Made by a program: the position numbers and the translations under genes
Notes under the pieces: generated by a model
Seen by the model: only the letters and a program-made list of their open reading frames with translations
Databases searched by the model: none
Told to the model about the DNA's origin: nothing
NCBI GenBank assembly: GCA_964368565.1
Contig: CAYJAC010000001.1
Span: 30,571 to 82,230 of the forward strand
From: an uncultured Candidatus Saccharibacteria bacterium
GTDB lineage: Bacteria > Patescibacteriota > Minisyncoccia > Phycocordibacterales > UBA6065
Length of the DNA: 51,660 nucleotides
Reading direction: 5' to 3'
In this document: positions 15,330 to 24,992 of the stretch, piece by piece
How the letters are laid out: each line of letters opens with the position of its first letter
Numbering within the stretch: position 1 is the first letter of the stretch

Positions 15330-15857
15330 ATGTCAGGACATAATAAATGGTCACAGATCAAGCATAAGAAAGCCAAGACGGATGGTGCAAAGTCCAAGCT
15401 CTATTCAAAGTATTCAAAACTTATCTCTGCAGAGGCGCAAAAAGTCAAAGGCGACAAAAGTGCCCCTTCCCTGCGCGCCATCATCGATCGTGCAAAGGCA
15501 GAGGATGTGACAAACGAGGTTATAGAGCGAGCAGTAAAGAAAGGCGGAGAGCCGGGTGTCGCCCTTGAGTCCATCATATACGAAGCATACGGCCCAGGCG
15601 GCTGCGCTATGATGATTGAGGCCCTTACTACAAATAAAAATAAGGCGGCGCAGGAGGTAAAACACATTCTCTCGGACAACGGATTTGAACTAGCGGCCGT
15701 CGGCAGTGCCGCATGGGCATTTGCACGCGAGGGTGTCACCTGGAAGCCAAATATGACCGTCGAACTATCTGATGAAGATTTGGTAATACTTGAAAAACTT
15801 GTGGGCGATCTGGAAAACAATGAGGAGGTGCAGGAAATATACACGAACGTTGAATAG
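15330..15857 (+). CDS. yebC: YebC/PmpR-family protein, short (175 aa) form
   Basis: 'GHNKWSQIKHKKA', 'YEAYGPGGCAMMIE' and C-terminal 'EEVQEIYTNVE'. It is about 65 aa shorter than typical YebC. Confidence 0.85.
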   Translation: MSGHNKWSQIKHKKAKTDGAKSKLYSKYSKLISAEAQKVKGDKSAPSLRAIIDRAKAEDVTNEVIERAVKKGGEPGVALESIIYEAYGPGGCAMMIEALTTNKNKAAQEVKHILSDNGFELAAVGSAAWAFAREGVTWKPNMTVELSDEDLVILEKLVGDLENNEEVQEIYTNVE

Positions 15858-15902
15858 TAAAATAGCCGTACAGAAATGTGCGGCTTTTGCTATCATACCT
15901 AT

Positions 15903-16385
15903 ATGCGAATCATCTCTATCGACCCCGGCTATGAACGACTCGGCATAGCCATCATAGAAAAACTGCCCAAGCAAAAGGAAAATCTGCTTTATTCGGATTG
16001 CTTCAAAACTTCCAAAGACCTTCCCCATTCCCAACGTCTTGGGCTAATCGGAAAAGAGATCGAACGAGTCATCGCAGAGTTCGCCCCCAAAGCTCTCGCT
16101 CTCGAAAATCTTTTCTTTAGCAACAACCAAAAAACCGCCATCACTGTAGCTGAAGCCCGCGGCGTCATCCTCTATCAGGCGGCTATTCACTCTCTTGCGG
16201 TGCATGAGTACGGCCCCGGTCAGATAAAGGTAGCTGTTACCGGCTACGGCAAAAGTGACAAAGACCAAATTATCGCTATGATCCCCCGCCTGATACAAAT
16301 AGACAAAGCCATCAAGCACGACGACGAATATGACGCGATTGCCGTTGGCCTCACCTGTTTTGCAACAGAAAAATTTCAGTTTTAA
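15903..16385 (+). CDS. ruvC: Holliday junction resolvase RuvC
   Basis: 'MRIISIDPGYERLGIAI' with the catalytic Asp, and 'DEYDAIAVG'. The start is placed at the second ATG of ORF 15876-16385. Confidence 0.9.
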   Translation: MRIISIDPGYERLGIAIIEKLPKQKENLLYSDCFKTSKDLPHSQRLGLIGKEIERVIAEFAPKALALENLFFSNNQKTAITVAEARGVILYQAAIHSLAVHEYGPGQIKVAVTGYGKSDKDQIIAMIPRLIQIDKAIKHDDEYDAIAVGLTCFATEKFQF

Positions 16386-16470
16386 GCCGCGCCACTTTTC
16401 CCCAGGCAGCGGAAGTTGCAAAAAATACCCCATCTGGTACAAATAGAGGCACTTAGAAATTCAACGCAAT

Positions 16471-16707
16471 ATGCCACGCAAGAAAACAGCAATAAAAGAC
16501 GAAGTTGAAGAGGTGGTGAAGCCTCGCGTCAAAGAGGAGGAGGAAAAGGAGAAAGAAGAGGGCGAGGACGACCCAAGTCCAAAGAAAGTGGCAAGCGACG
16601 ATGATGAGGTTACAGAAGACGCAGACATCGATGATTCCCTTGAAGACGAGGAGGATGAAGATGATCCCCTTAAAGACTTCATGACCGAAGAAGAGGAAAG
16701 CTGGTAG
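16471..16707 (+). CDS. Highly acidic 78-aa hypothetical protein
   Basis: The ORF has a basic N-terminus and an Asp/Glu-rich body. A bidirectional terminator follows it. Coding status is uncertain because the sequence is low complexity. Confidence 0.35.
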   Translation: MPRKKTAIKDEVEEVVKPRVKEEEEKEKEEGEDDPSPKKVASDDDEVTEDADIDDSLEDEEDEDDPLKDFMTEEEESW

Positions 16708-16719
16708 TCTTATACAAAC

Positions 16720-16748
16720 AAAAAAACCGCCAGATTGGCGGCTTTTTG
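16720..16748. terminator. Bidirectional intrinsic terminator
   Basis: aaaaaaaccgcca-gat-tggcggcttttt lies between the convergent acidic ORF and tyrS. Confidence 0.7.
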
Positions 16749-16760
16749 TTTATTTCTAAA

Positions 16761-17987
16761 CTAAATTCGTATCTTTATGAACCTCATTTTACCAACCTTT
16801 ACGTCGAGATCGGTCTCTAGTTTAAAATCGTGTGTTTCGATTACCTTACCCGTTGCAACATCTTTTACCGCCTTCTCCCCTACCAGCCTGCGGAACTCAG
16901 TCTTTGAGGCAACGATTTTGTTTTCGACCAACACATCAGCGAGAAGCGCACCCTTTATAACCTTTGCCTCAGGAGCATCTACAGGCATAGCACCCGAAGA
17001 GAATGCTGATGAGAATGCTGCTTGCGCTCTCTCTGCCTCTTCCTTGCCGTAATACAGTGTGGCGACAGTAAGTGCCAATCGAACCTTTGCATCACGCGGA
17101 TTCGCACCGCTCGCTAAATACTTTTTTTCTTTTTCTATTTCTTCGTTTGAAACATTCGTACATAGTTCTAGTCCAGGAATAATCATCCCGTCCGGCCAAC
17201 TCATGATTTTTCCAAACATGTCTTTCGCACTGTCTTGAAGCGTGATCATATTGCCTTCCGATTTACCCATCTTCTTGCCCGAAGGATCAGCAAGGAGTTT
17301 AACAGCAACAACAAACTTTTCCTTGTTGTTGATGGTGCGAGCTAGGTCACGGCCCGCAAGCATGTTGAATGTCTGATCATTGCCACCAATTTCCACATCA
17401 ACACCCATAGCAACACTGTCATAGCCCTGCATCAATGGGTACAGAAACTCGTGCAGGTATATCGGTTTCTTTTCCACCATACGCTTTTCGAACATATCCC
17501 GCTCAAGCATCTGTTGAACCGTAGTGTGTGACGCCAAGTCAACAACATCTGAAAAACTCATCTTTGAAAGCCATTTGCTGTTGAAACGAATCTCGGCAGC
17601 ATTAGCACCCTTGAATGAAAGAAAAGTCTCAGCCTGCTTTTTGTATGATTTGAGATTTTCAAGCACCTCTTTGCGAGTCAAACGCTTGCGAGCGGCGCCC
17701 TTATCTGTGGGATCACCAATCATAGCCGTAAAGTCGCCCATCAAAAGGATGATGTGGTGACCCATCTTTTGAAGAGCTGATAATTTCATCAAAGGAATGG
17801 CGTGTCCCATGTGCAATGTGGGACCAGTCGGGTCAATACCCAGATATATAGAAAGTCTTGTGCCACTCGAAAGCGCTTTTGCGAACGCCTCCTTTGATGG
17901 GAATACGTGTTCTACTCCTCTCGAGAGAAATGCTTCGATGTCTTTTACGTCTGTACTAATAGCTCCTGTGCCCTTGAATAATTTCAT
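16761..17987 (-). CDS. tyrS: Tyrosyl-tRNA synthetase
   Basis: 408 aa with the HIGH motif 'LHMGH', the KMSKS motif 'KMGKS' and a C-terminal S4-like domain. Confidence 0.95.
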   Translation of the reverse strand: MKLFKGTGAISTDVKDIEAFLSRGVEHVFPSKEAFAKALSSGTRLSIYLGIDPTGPTLHMGHAIPLMKLSALQKMGHHIILLMGDFTAMIGDPTDKGAARKRLTRKEVLENLKSYKKQAETFLSFKGANAAEIRFNSKWLSKMSFSDVVDLASHTTVQQMLERDMFEKRMVEKKPIYLHEFLYPLMQGYDSVAMGVDVEIGGNDQTFNMLAGRDLARTINNKEKFVVAVKLLADPSGKKMGKSEGNMITLQDSAKDMFGKIMSWPDGMIIPGLELCTNVSNEEIEKEKKYLASGANPRDAKVRLALTVATLYYGKEEAERAQAAFSSAFSSGAMPVDAPEAKVIKGALLADVLVENKIVASKTEFRRLVGEKAVKDVATGKVIETHDFKLETDLDVKVGKMRFIKIRI

Positions 17988-18055
17988 GGATTTACTCTAG
18001 CATAGCGGTATTTTGTTGTCTTGTGACACCCCTTATTCGATGATATCGTAGGCCT

Positions 18056-20602
18056 ATGACTAAAAAAAGCACCCTCTCAAAGCTCAAACACCACCTCAAA
18101 GCACACACAAAGCGCGACATTTTTGTAATAATCGCGTCAGCGCTCTTTATTGTGATTGGAATTATGATCTTGTGGGTCTCGTCATTCCGACTACCCGACC
18201 TTTCATCGTTCGAGCAGCGAAAGGTGTCTGAGTCCACAAAAATATTCGATCGAACAGGTAAAGTACTCCTCTACGACCTTCATGACAATGTAAAAAGGAC
18301 GATCGTGCCATCGGACAAAATCTCCCCTTTCCTAAAAAAGGCCACTGTCGCCATTGAGGATGCGGATTTTTATGAGCACGGCGGTATCAGAATTTCTTCT
18401 ATTATCCGTGCAGTCCTCGCAAACGTTATTTCAGGTGAGTATTCCCAGGGCGGTTCAACCATCACTCAACAAGTCGTCAAAAACACACTCCTTACAACCG
18501 ATAAACGTATCTCACGCAAACTTAAAGAGTGGGTTTTGGCAATCAAGCTCGATAAAACTATGACAAAGGACGCCATTCTCACGAGCTATCTAAACGAAAA
18601 CCCTTACGGAGGAAACATATATGGAGTCGAGGAGGCGGCAAAGCAATTTTACGGAAAGACGGCTATGGACCTTACCTTGGCGGAATCTGCGTATTTAGCC
18701 GCCATCCCTCAAGCAAGCACCTATTTCTCTCCTTATGGAAAAAATATCGATAAATTAGAGGCCCGCAAGAACCTTGTGCTGAAAAAAATGCTTGAGTCCG
18801 GAACCACAACACAAGAAGAGTACGATGTGGCCACAAAGGAAAAAGTAGTATTTCAGCAACAAGGCAAGTTTGGTATCAAGGCACCTCATTTCGTATTCTT
18901 TGTAAAAGAATACTTAGAAAATATCCTTGGTGTTGGCACCCTCGACGAAGGTGGCTACAAAGTTATCACCACTCTTGATGCCAATCTTCAGGAAAAGGCC
19001 GAGGATCTCATAAAGGAAAAGGCTATTGAGAATTTAGAAAAATACAACGCATCAAATCTTGCCCTCATCGCATTGGATCCTCAAAACGGCGACATTGTAT
19101 CGATGGTTGGCTCGCGCGACTATTTCGATACGGTAATCGATGGTCAGTTCAATGTTGCAATTTCCCCAAACCGCCAACCTGGCTCGACAATGAAGCCAAT
19201 TATCTACGCGCAGGCATTTACGAAAGGATACACACCTGAAACCGTTGTCTTTGATCTCCCTACTTCTTTTTCGACCACCTGTGACCTTGAAGGAAAGCCC
19301 CTCGACCCTGCCGGCGATCCAAAACAATGCTACATGCCAGGAAACTACGACGATTTGTTCCGTGGTCCGATGACACTACGTGACGCACTTGCCCAGTCGA
19401 TCAACATTCCCGCCATCAAAACCCTCTATCTTGCTGGCCTAAAGGATTCTCTTAACTTGGCAAAAAGCATGGGCATCACCAGTCTTACAAATGCCGATCA
19501 GTATGGTCTTACCCTTGTACTTGGAGGTGGTGAGGTTTCTCTTTTGGAAATGGCGAGCGCATACGGAACATTCGCCAAAGACGGCATTCATGTCGCACAC
19601 AGACCAGTTCTTCAGCTCTATGATTCAAAAGGCTCTGAAATAAAACTACCTACACAGAAGCAGAATCAGGTTATGCCAGCCGAAGTGGCACGCAATATCT
19701 CAAGTATTCTGAGCGACAATGTGGCGCGAACCCCTGGATACGGAACAAACTCTGTCCTTTACTTCCCTACGCGTGATGTGGCAGCAAAAACCGGTACTAC
19801 CAACGACTCGCGTGACGCATGGACTGTCGGTTATACACCAAACCTCGTCGTTGGTGTGTGGGCTGGTAACAACGACAACAGCCCAATGGTTAAAAAGGTA
19901 GCCGGGCAAATCGTGGCACCTATATGGGCTTCATTCATGAAGCAGGGATTGGCAGCTGTTCCCGATCAGCGCTTTACTCCTCCTACTCCTGCAGATCCCG
20001 CCACACTCAAACCTGTCATGAAAGGTATTTGGCAAGGAGGAAAAACATACACTATCGACACAGTCTCTGGAAAACTCGCAACGGAATTCACACCCTTTGA
20101 AACACGCAAAGAAGTACCCGTTACCTCGGTGCACTCCATTCTCTACTGGGTGAACAAGGCCGACCCATTAGGTGCTGCTCCGACGAATCCCTCGAGTGAC
20201 TCTCAATTCGAGCGCTGGGAGGCTCCTGTGCGCAAATGGGCGGTGGAAAATGGATACGCAGACCAGAGCGATAGCAGTATCCCAACCCAGTTCGATAACA
20301 TCCATACAGAAAACAATTCATTTAAGGCGCAGGTACAGTCAGTTGATGCTGGACGCATTTACAACATAGATGACACCGTATCGATAACAGTCGGCTCAAC
20401 TGGAAAATACTCCCTCTCAAAGGCCACCCTATATGTAAATGATGTTTTTATTGAAAGGATAGAATCAGGACCTTTCACATTTAGATTCACCCCAAAGGAC
20501 ATATCTGGTATTAAGGAAAGGAACACTGTCCGCATAGTTGCCGTCGATAGCGTCTTTAATCAAACAGAGGCTCGTGGCGAATTCTCGGTGAAACTAGACT
20601 AA
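18056..20602 (+). CDS. Class A penicillin-binding protein (glycosyltransferase + transpeptidase)
   Basis: 848 aa with an N-terminal TM segment. GT51 motifs 'EDADFYEHGG' and 'GGSTITQQ'; transpeptidase motifs 'STMKP' and 'KTGTT'. Confidence 0.95.
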   Translation: MTKKSTLSKLKHHLKAHTKRDIFVIIASALFIVIGIMILWVSSFRLPDLSSFEQRKVSESTKIFDRTGKVLLYDLHDNVKRTIVPSDKISPFLKKATVAIEDADFYEHGGIRISSIIRAVLANVISGEYSQGGSTITQQVVKNTLLTTDKRISRKLKEWVLAIKLDKTMTKDAILTSYLNENPYGGNIYGVEEAAKQFYGKTAMDLTLAESAYLAAIPQASTYFSPYGKNIDKLEARKNLVLKKMLESGTTTQEEYDVATKEKVVFQQQGKFGIKAPHFVFFVKEYLENILGVGTLDEGGYKVITTLDANLQEKAEDLIKEKAIENLEKYNASNLALIALDPQNGDIVSMVGSRDYFDTVIDGQFNVAISPNRQPGSTMKPIIYAQAFTKGYTPETVVFDLPTSFSTTCDLEGKPLDPAGDPKQCYMPGNYDDLFRGPMTLRDALAQSINIPAIKTLYLAGLKDSLNLAKSMGITSLTNADQYGLTLVLGGGEVSLLEMASAYGTFAKDGIHVAHRPVLQLYDSKGSEIKLPTQKQNQVMPAEVARNISSILSDNVARTPGYGTNSVLYFPTRDVAAKTGTTNDSRDAWTVGYTPNLVVGVWAGNNDNSPMVKKVAGQIVAPIWASFMKQGLAAVPDQRFTPPTPADPATLKPVMKGIWQGGKTYTIDTVSGKLATEFTPFETRKEVPVTSVHSILYWVNKADPLGAAPTNPSSDSQFERWEAPVRKWAVENGYADQSDSSIPTQFDNIHTENNSFKAQVQSVDAGRIYNIDDTVSITVGSTGKYSLSKATLYVNDVFIERIESGPFTFRFTPKDISGIKERNTVRIVAVDSVFNQTEARGEFSVKLD

Positions 20603-20605
20603 AGT

Positions 20606-20715
20606 AAAAACCTCACACAGCATTATCGGAGCACGCGTCATGGGGCCCTGACCCATGCGCTCACTCTCGGCCCGTCGGCCTGCGAGAGTCTCCTCTAAAG
20701 CTGTGTGAGGTTTTT
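20606..20715. repeat. Terminator-embedded GC-rich structured element (copy c)
   Basis: The outer stem aaaaacctcacacagc / gctgtgtgaggttttt is flanked by A/T runs. The conserved core blocks 20624-20669 and 20679-20698 are shared with copy d. Confidence 0.75.
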
Positions 20716-20965
20716 ATTTAATATCAGTAATCCTGGTTGTTGGTAGTTTCTCCTTAATCAAAGCCAGTATCCGGGCCTTTCGAGTGAATACCAGTGATTT
20801 AACTAAAGGAGACCCCTTCAAATAGATTATATTTTTACGTATGTCGTATCTAACTGTTCCTGTCCCACAGGTTTCGCTCAATGCAGCCAATATGGCGTCA
20901 TTTTCAACAAGAGTATCCCCTTCTATCTTAGTGAACTTCTTAAAATAATCAGAGATGTTGAACAC
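20714..20965 (-). CDS. Small DUF721-like protein downstream of dnaN (possible DciA-type)
   Basis: 83 aa. It sits after dnaN, and the C-terminal pattern 'IIYLKGSPLVKSLVFTRKARILALIKEKL' resembles DUF721. The assignment is weak. Confidence 0.35.
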   Translation of the reverse strand: MFNISDYFKKFTKIEGDTLVENDAILAALSETCGTGTVRYDIRKNIIYLKGSPLVKSLVFTRKARILALIKEKLPTTRITDIK

Positions 20966-20978
20966 AAAGAGTAATCAA

Positions 20979-22079
20979 CTAACGATTCATCGGCATCACA
21001 AGGTATGTGAATGACTTATCAGAAACACCCTTCATAACAAGGGGTCTGTTTGCGCCACTTATCGACAAAGCAATAGAATCCGCATCGATGGATTGAAAAC
21101 TGTCTGCGATGTACTTGTGGTTAAAATTAATCTCAACATCCTGCCCTGTCACACTCGAATCAATAGCGTTAACATATTCTCCAACATCACTGTTTTTTGT
21201 TGAGATAGTAAATGTTTTCTTTGAAGGGAATGCTTTTACGTTTACCTGATTGAATTTATCCGAAAAAACATGTGAGGTTTTGAGGGAGTCCACAAAATCC
21301 TGCTTCAAAACGATAACCTCGGTCACAAATGTCTTTGGAATGATCTGACGATAATCCGGGAAAGTTGCATCAATTACACGAGACATAAGATACACATCCT
21401 TTGTCTCAAAAGCGATTTGATTCTTATCGAAAAGCACCCTAATGTCATCCCCTACGTTCTCAAGAGTTCGAATAATATCGTTAACATTCTTTGCTGGAAT
21501 GATAACTGACGGGAAATCGAGACTATCTTTGATTTTTACTCTTTTTTCCGCGAGTCGGAATGAATCTGTTGATACGAAAACAAGCTCAGACTCCTCTTTA
21601 AACACATACACACTAGCTAATTCAGGTTTTACGGTCGATTGAGAAGCGCTGTAAACGACCGACTTGAAGCCTTTAACCAAAAGTTTTGGACTGATATCAA
21701 CAGTCTTCTGGGTTTCAAGCTTTGGAATAGACGGAAAATCATCAGGAGAAAACGTTTTGATTAATGTTGTATTCGCAGAGGTCGAAATAACCACGTTTCC
21801 ATCCTTTGATTCAAGGGTAATATTTTTCTCCTTTGGAAGTCCCGCAAGAAGCGAGATCATAACACCTCCATGGAGGGCAATTTCGCCCTCTACGTCCACC
21901 TTAGCTGCAATCTTGACCTCTATGCCGCAATCAAGGTTTGTCGCGCGTATGATGAGGGTATTGCCCTCTGCCTTTATATTCACACATGAAAGAATAGGAA
22001 GAGAAAGATTCTTTCCTGTAAGGCGGTCTGCCTTTGTGATTCCTTCTATTAGTTTTTCTTTAATGCATTCTATTTTCAT
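20979..22079 (-). CDS. dnaN: DNA polymerase III beta sliding clamp
   Basis: 366 aa. Typical N-terminus 'MKIECIKEKLIEGI...LPIL' and C-terminus 'YLVMPMNR'. It is downstream of dnaA. Confidence 0.95.
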   Translation of the reverse strand: MKIECIKEKLIEGITKADRLTGKNLSLPILSCVNIKAEGNTLIIRATNLDCGIEVKIAAKVDVEGEIALHGGVMISLLAGLPKEKNITLESKDGNVVISTSANTTLIKTFSPDDFPSIPKLETQKTVDISPKLLVKGFKSVVYSASQSTVKPELASVYVFKEESELVFVSTDSFRLAEKRVKIKDSLDFPSVIIPAKNVNDIIRTLENVGDDIRVLFDKNQIAFETKDVYLMSRVIDATFPDYRQIIPKTFVTEVIVLKQDFVDSLKTSHVFSDKFNQVNVKAFPSKKTFTISTKNSDVGEYVNAIDSSVTGQDVEINFNHKYIADSFQSIDADSIALSISGANRPLVMKGVSDKSFTYLVMPMNR

Positions 22080-22086
22080 ATCCCCA

Positions 22087-22291
22087 GTATATATTCTTAT
22101 ATTCTATTAAGAAGACTATTATTACTACTAGCGCTGTGTATATGTGTATAACTTTTTCTATCCTTACAGGTCAGCCTTATTTGGATTTCCAATCTTGCTA
22201 TTGTGTGGATATCTTCGGGGACAAAATGATAACTTTTTCTGTTTTCCACAAACCCTTGTTTTTATCCCCAGTTCTTCACTCACTATCCCCA
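22087..22291. other. Candidate oriC segment: AT-rich stretch plus a DnaA-box cluster in the dnaA-dnaN spacer
   Basis: AT-rich region 22087-22135. Boxes: TGTGGATAT 22204-22212 (8/9, reverse), TTTTCCACA 22242-22250 (8/9), TTATCCCCA 22262-22270 (8/9), CTATCCCCA 22283-22291 (7/9). Confidence 0.6.
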
Positions 22292-22304
22292 CCTGATTCA
22301 CACG

Positions 22305-23651
22305 CTATACAATCAGCGAGCGAATGTGATTTACCTCTTGGAGTAGTATTTGATTCGACTTTATATCTTCCTTAATCTTTTCGCAAGAATGAATAACTGT
22401 GGTGTGATCGCGGCCACCAAGTTTTTCGCCGATCGATGGATATGAAATATTCATATCCTCGCGAAGGATGTACATAATAACCTGGCGTGGCTTAACCACT
22501 TCCTTCTTTCGGGTCTTTTCGTATATGCTGCCTTCTTCAATGTTATAGAAGTCCGAAACGATCTTCACTACTTCCTTAACCGAAACAGTTTTCTTTGGCT
22601 TTGCGTTGTTTTTAATAAGATTCTTTACCTCAAGTATATTGATCTCCCTTCCCTTGTGCTGCGTTTGCATGGCAATAGAGTTAACAATACCTTCGAGCTC
22701 GCGGATATTTCCTTCTACCGATTGCGCCAGGAACTCAATAAGGTCCTGTGGAAGGGTTATGTTCTGTCGTTCAAGCTTTGCTTTCAGGATCATGAGCCTT
22801 GATTCATAGTCTGGAGCAGAAACATCAACAATCATACCCGCGCCAAAGCGTGATTTAAGGCGGTCATCGACTTCTGCCAGGTGGTTTGGATGCTGGTCAG
22901 ACGAACAGATGAGCTGCCTGTTGTTTTCTTTCATTGCATTAAAGAGGTGAAAGAATTCTTCTGCAATCTTTTCCTTGCTTGAGAAGAACTGAACGTCATC
23001 CATGATCAAAACGTCGTATTTTCGATACTTTTCCTTAAACTGATTCGCTTTTCCGAGCTGAAGCGAGTTCATGTAATCGACGGCAAACTTTTCAGAGGTC
23101 ACATAGAATACCTTTTTTGCGGGATGATTGGCCTTTATGTGGTTTCCTACCGCCTGCATGAGGTGTGTTTTGCCGCGGCCGGTGCCACCATAGAGATAGA
23201 GGGGGTTATAGGCAATACCGGGGTTCTTAATTACCGCCTGGGCTGCTGCATGAGCCAAATCGTTGAAGGGGCCAACAACATACGCCTCAAACGTGTACTT
23301 TGGGTTGAGGTTGTCGTCCTTGCTGATGTATATATCCTGCAAAGGCAGCTCATATGGGGGCTGTACCTGCTTTCGGGGCTCTTCAGGTGCCTCTTTTCGT
23401 TCAGGAGACTTAGATATGACGTATTCGAGAGACCTTACATCGTTCCCATAATCACGTAAGTACTTAAGGATTGTTTTGTGGAACTTACCTGAAAGCCACT
23501 CTTTGGCGAATATACTAGGAACGGATAGGTATATCACCCCATCTTCTTGTTTATGAATATGAGTGTCCTTGAACCACATTCGGAATGTGGCTATAGATAC
23601 TTCGAGCTCTACCCGTGTCAGCACATTCTCCCAGATTTTTTTGTTATCCAT
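22305..23651 (-). CDS. dnaA: Chromosomal replication initiator DnaA
   Basis: 448 aa starting at 'MDNKKIWENV'. Walker A 'GGTGRGKTHL', 'VLIMDDVQF', and a C-terminal DNA-binding domain 'GGRDHTTVIHSCEKI'. Confidence 0.95.
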   Translation of the reverse strand: MDNKKIWENVLTRVELEVSIATFRMWFKDTHIHKQEDGVIYLSVPSIFAKEWLSGKFHKTILKYLRDYGNDVRSLEYVISKSPERKEAPEEPRKQVQPPYELPLQDIYISKDDNLNPKYTFEAYVVGPFNDLAHAAAQAVIKNPGIAYNPLYLYGGTGRGKTHLMQAVGNHIKANHPAKKVFYVTSEKFAVDYMNSLQLGKANQFKEKYRKYDVLIMDDVQFFSSKEKIAEEFFHLFNAMKENNRQLICSSDQHPNHLAEVDDRLKSRFGAGMIVDVSAPDYESRLMILKAKLERQNITLPQDLIEFLAQSVEGNIRELEGIVNSIAMQTQHKGREINILEVKNLIKNNAKPKKTVSVKEVVKIVSDFYNIEEGSIYEKTRKKEVVKPRQVIMYILREDMNISYPSIGEKLGGRDHTTVIHSCEKIKEDIKSNQILLQEVNHIRSLIV

Positions 23652-23766
23652 AAAAAGTATTATTTCCGAAGTAACGTAAGTATAATGGCTTATAAGAATA
23701 GTAGTACTTGAAACCAAGGCTTAAATGTGTTAATAATATGTGAACAAGTTGTTAATAACTGATTTT

Positions 23767-23904
23767 ATGGCAATCGTATACAAAACAAAGAACAGAAAGC
23801 GAGCTCGAGCTCACGGATTCCTCGCGCGAAAATCTACCCCAACGGGCCGCGCAGTCATCAAGCGCCGACGAAATAAGGGTCGCAAGAAGCTTCTTAAAGT
23901 CTAA
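23767..23904 (+). CDS. rpmH: 50S ribosomal protein L34
   Basis: A 45-aa ORF absent from the ORF track: [45 protein letters not shown]. Confidence 0.9.
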   Translation: MAIVYKTKNRKRARAHGFLARKSTPTGRAVIKRRRNKGRKKLLKV

Positions 23905-24242
23905 TGCTCAAAAAGGCTCTAAGGCTTACAGTGAGCGATATAGAGAGCCTCTCGGCAGGAAAAAGCGTCTTTGGGACGCTTATTTCTATGAGGTTTATAC
24001 CAGCTGTGAAAACAAAGGTGTCGGTAACAGTTTCCAAGAAGGTAGCCAAGACCGCAGTCGACAGGAACCGTATCCGACGCCGAACCTATGCAGCGGTTGA
24101 AAAAGTGTTGGGAAATATGAAAAATCCGGTCTACGCCATGCTTATGCCAAAAAAGGAATTCCTTTCAGCCCCTTTTGAGACCGTATGTGCCGAAGTCGAA
24201 TCTATCTTTAAAAAGGCAGGCTTGATAGTATTGAGTCTCTAA
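23904..24242 (+). CDS. rnpA: RNase P protein component
   Basis: 112 aa. Its ATG overlaps the rpmH stop (taATG). It has a basic 'AVDRNRIRRR' motif and the conserved rpmH-rnpA-yidC order. Confidence 0.85.
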   Translation: MLKKALRLTVSDIESLSAGKSVFGTLISMRFIPAVKTKVSVTVSKKVAKTAVDRNRIRRRTYAAVEKVLGNMKNPVYAMLMPKKEFLSAPFETVCAEVESIFKKAGLIVLSL

Positions 24243-24251
24243 TCAACATAT

Positions 24252-24992
24252 ATGTATACAACGTACGTTTTTAATCCTCTCTATAACGGTCTCATCCTCC
24301 TTGCGGACTGGCTTCCCTTTCTCGACGCAGGTCTCCTGATTGTTCTCTTTACCCTTATTGTTAAGCTTGTTCTTTTCCCTATATCCCGAAAGGCAGTCCG
24401 AACACAGGCTATGATGAAGCAGGTCGAGCCCGAATTACGTGCCATTAAGGAGCGATACAAGGACGATAGACAGCAGCAGGCCCTCGAAACCATGAAGTTG
24501 TATAAGGAAAAACAAGTCAATCCTTTTTCAAGCATTTTCCTTCTCTTGATTCAGCTTCCTATTATCTTTGCTCTCTACCAGATTTTTTATTCAACAGGTT
24601 TTTCTTCAATAAACGCTGACATTCTCTACTCATTCGTCAGTGTTCCTGGTCAGATCAGCACATCATTCCTTGGTTTGCTTGATGTTTCTCAGAAAAGCGT
24701 CATTCTTGCCATTCTTGCTGCGGTTTCTCAGTATTACCAAATAAAGCTCTCTGTTCCGCCAGTGGCTCCGCGTGTTGAAGGTGCAAAGCCAAGCTTTCAG
24801 GACGACCTCGCCCGCAATATGCAAGTTCAGATGAAGTATGTCTTCCCTATTATGATCCTTTTCATCTCATACCACGCTGCCGCGGCTCTTGCGATCTACT
24901 GGATCACATCAAACCTCTTCATGATTGGGCAGGAACTCTATATACGAAAGCAGATGAAGCGAGAGGCTGAGATGAAGTTGCGGGTAATTTAG
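24252..24992 (+). CDS. yidC: Membrane protein insertase YidC (short form)
   Basis: 246 aa and multi-pass. 'KQVEPELRAIKERYKDDRQQQALETMKLYKEKQVNPF' is the typical YidC/Oxa1 amphipathic helix region. Confidence 0.9.
   Translation: MYTTYVFNPLYNGLILLADWLPFLDAGLLIVLFTLIVKLVLFPISRKAVRTQAMMKQVEPELRAIKERYKDDRQQQALETMKLYKEKQVNPFSSIFLLLIQLPIIFALYQIFYSTGFSSINADILYSFVSVPGQISTSFLGLLDVSQKSVILAILAAVSQYYQIKLSVPPVAPRVEGAKPSFQDDLARNMQVQMKYVFPIMILFISYHAAAALAIYWITSNLFMIGQELYIRKQMKREAEMKLRVI

Noticed and set aside
16461-16682. A Ser-rich 73-aa minus-strand ORF.
   Set aside because: It is the antisense reading of the GAA/GAG/GAT-rich acidic ORF, so it is a compositional artefact.
17988-18055. A T-box leader upstream of tyrS.
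   Set aside because: The divergent spacer to the PBP gene is only 68 nt, too short for a T-box riboswitch.
23644-23652. TTATCCATA overlapping the dnaA start codon as an autoregulatory DnaA box.
   Set aside because: It is an 8/9 match that arises from the codons ATG-GAT-AAC. It is a single box, which is too little evidence to call.
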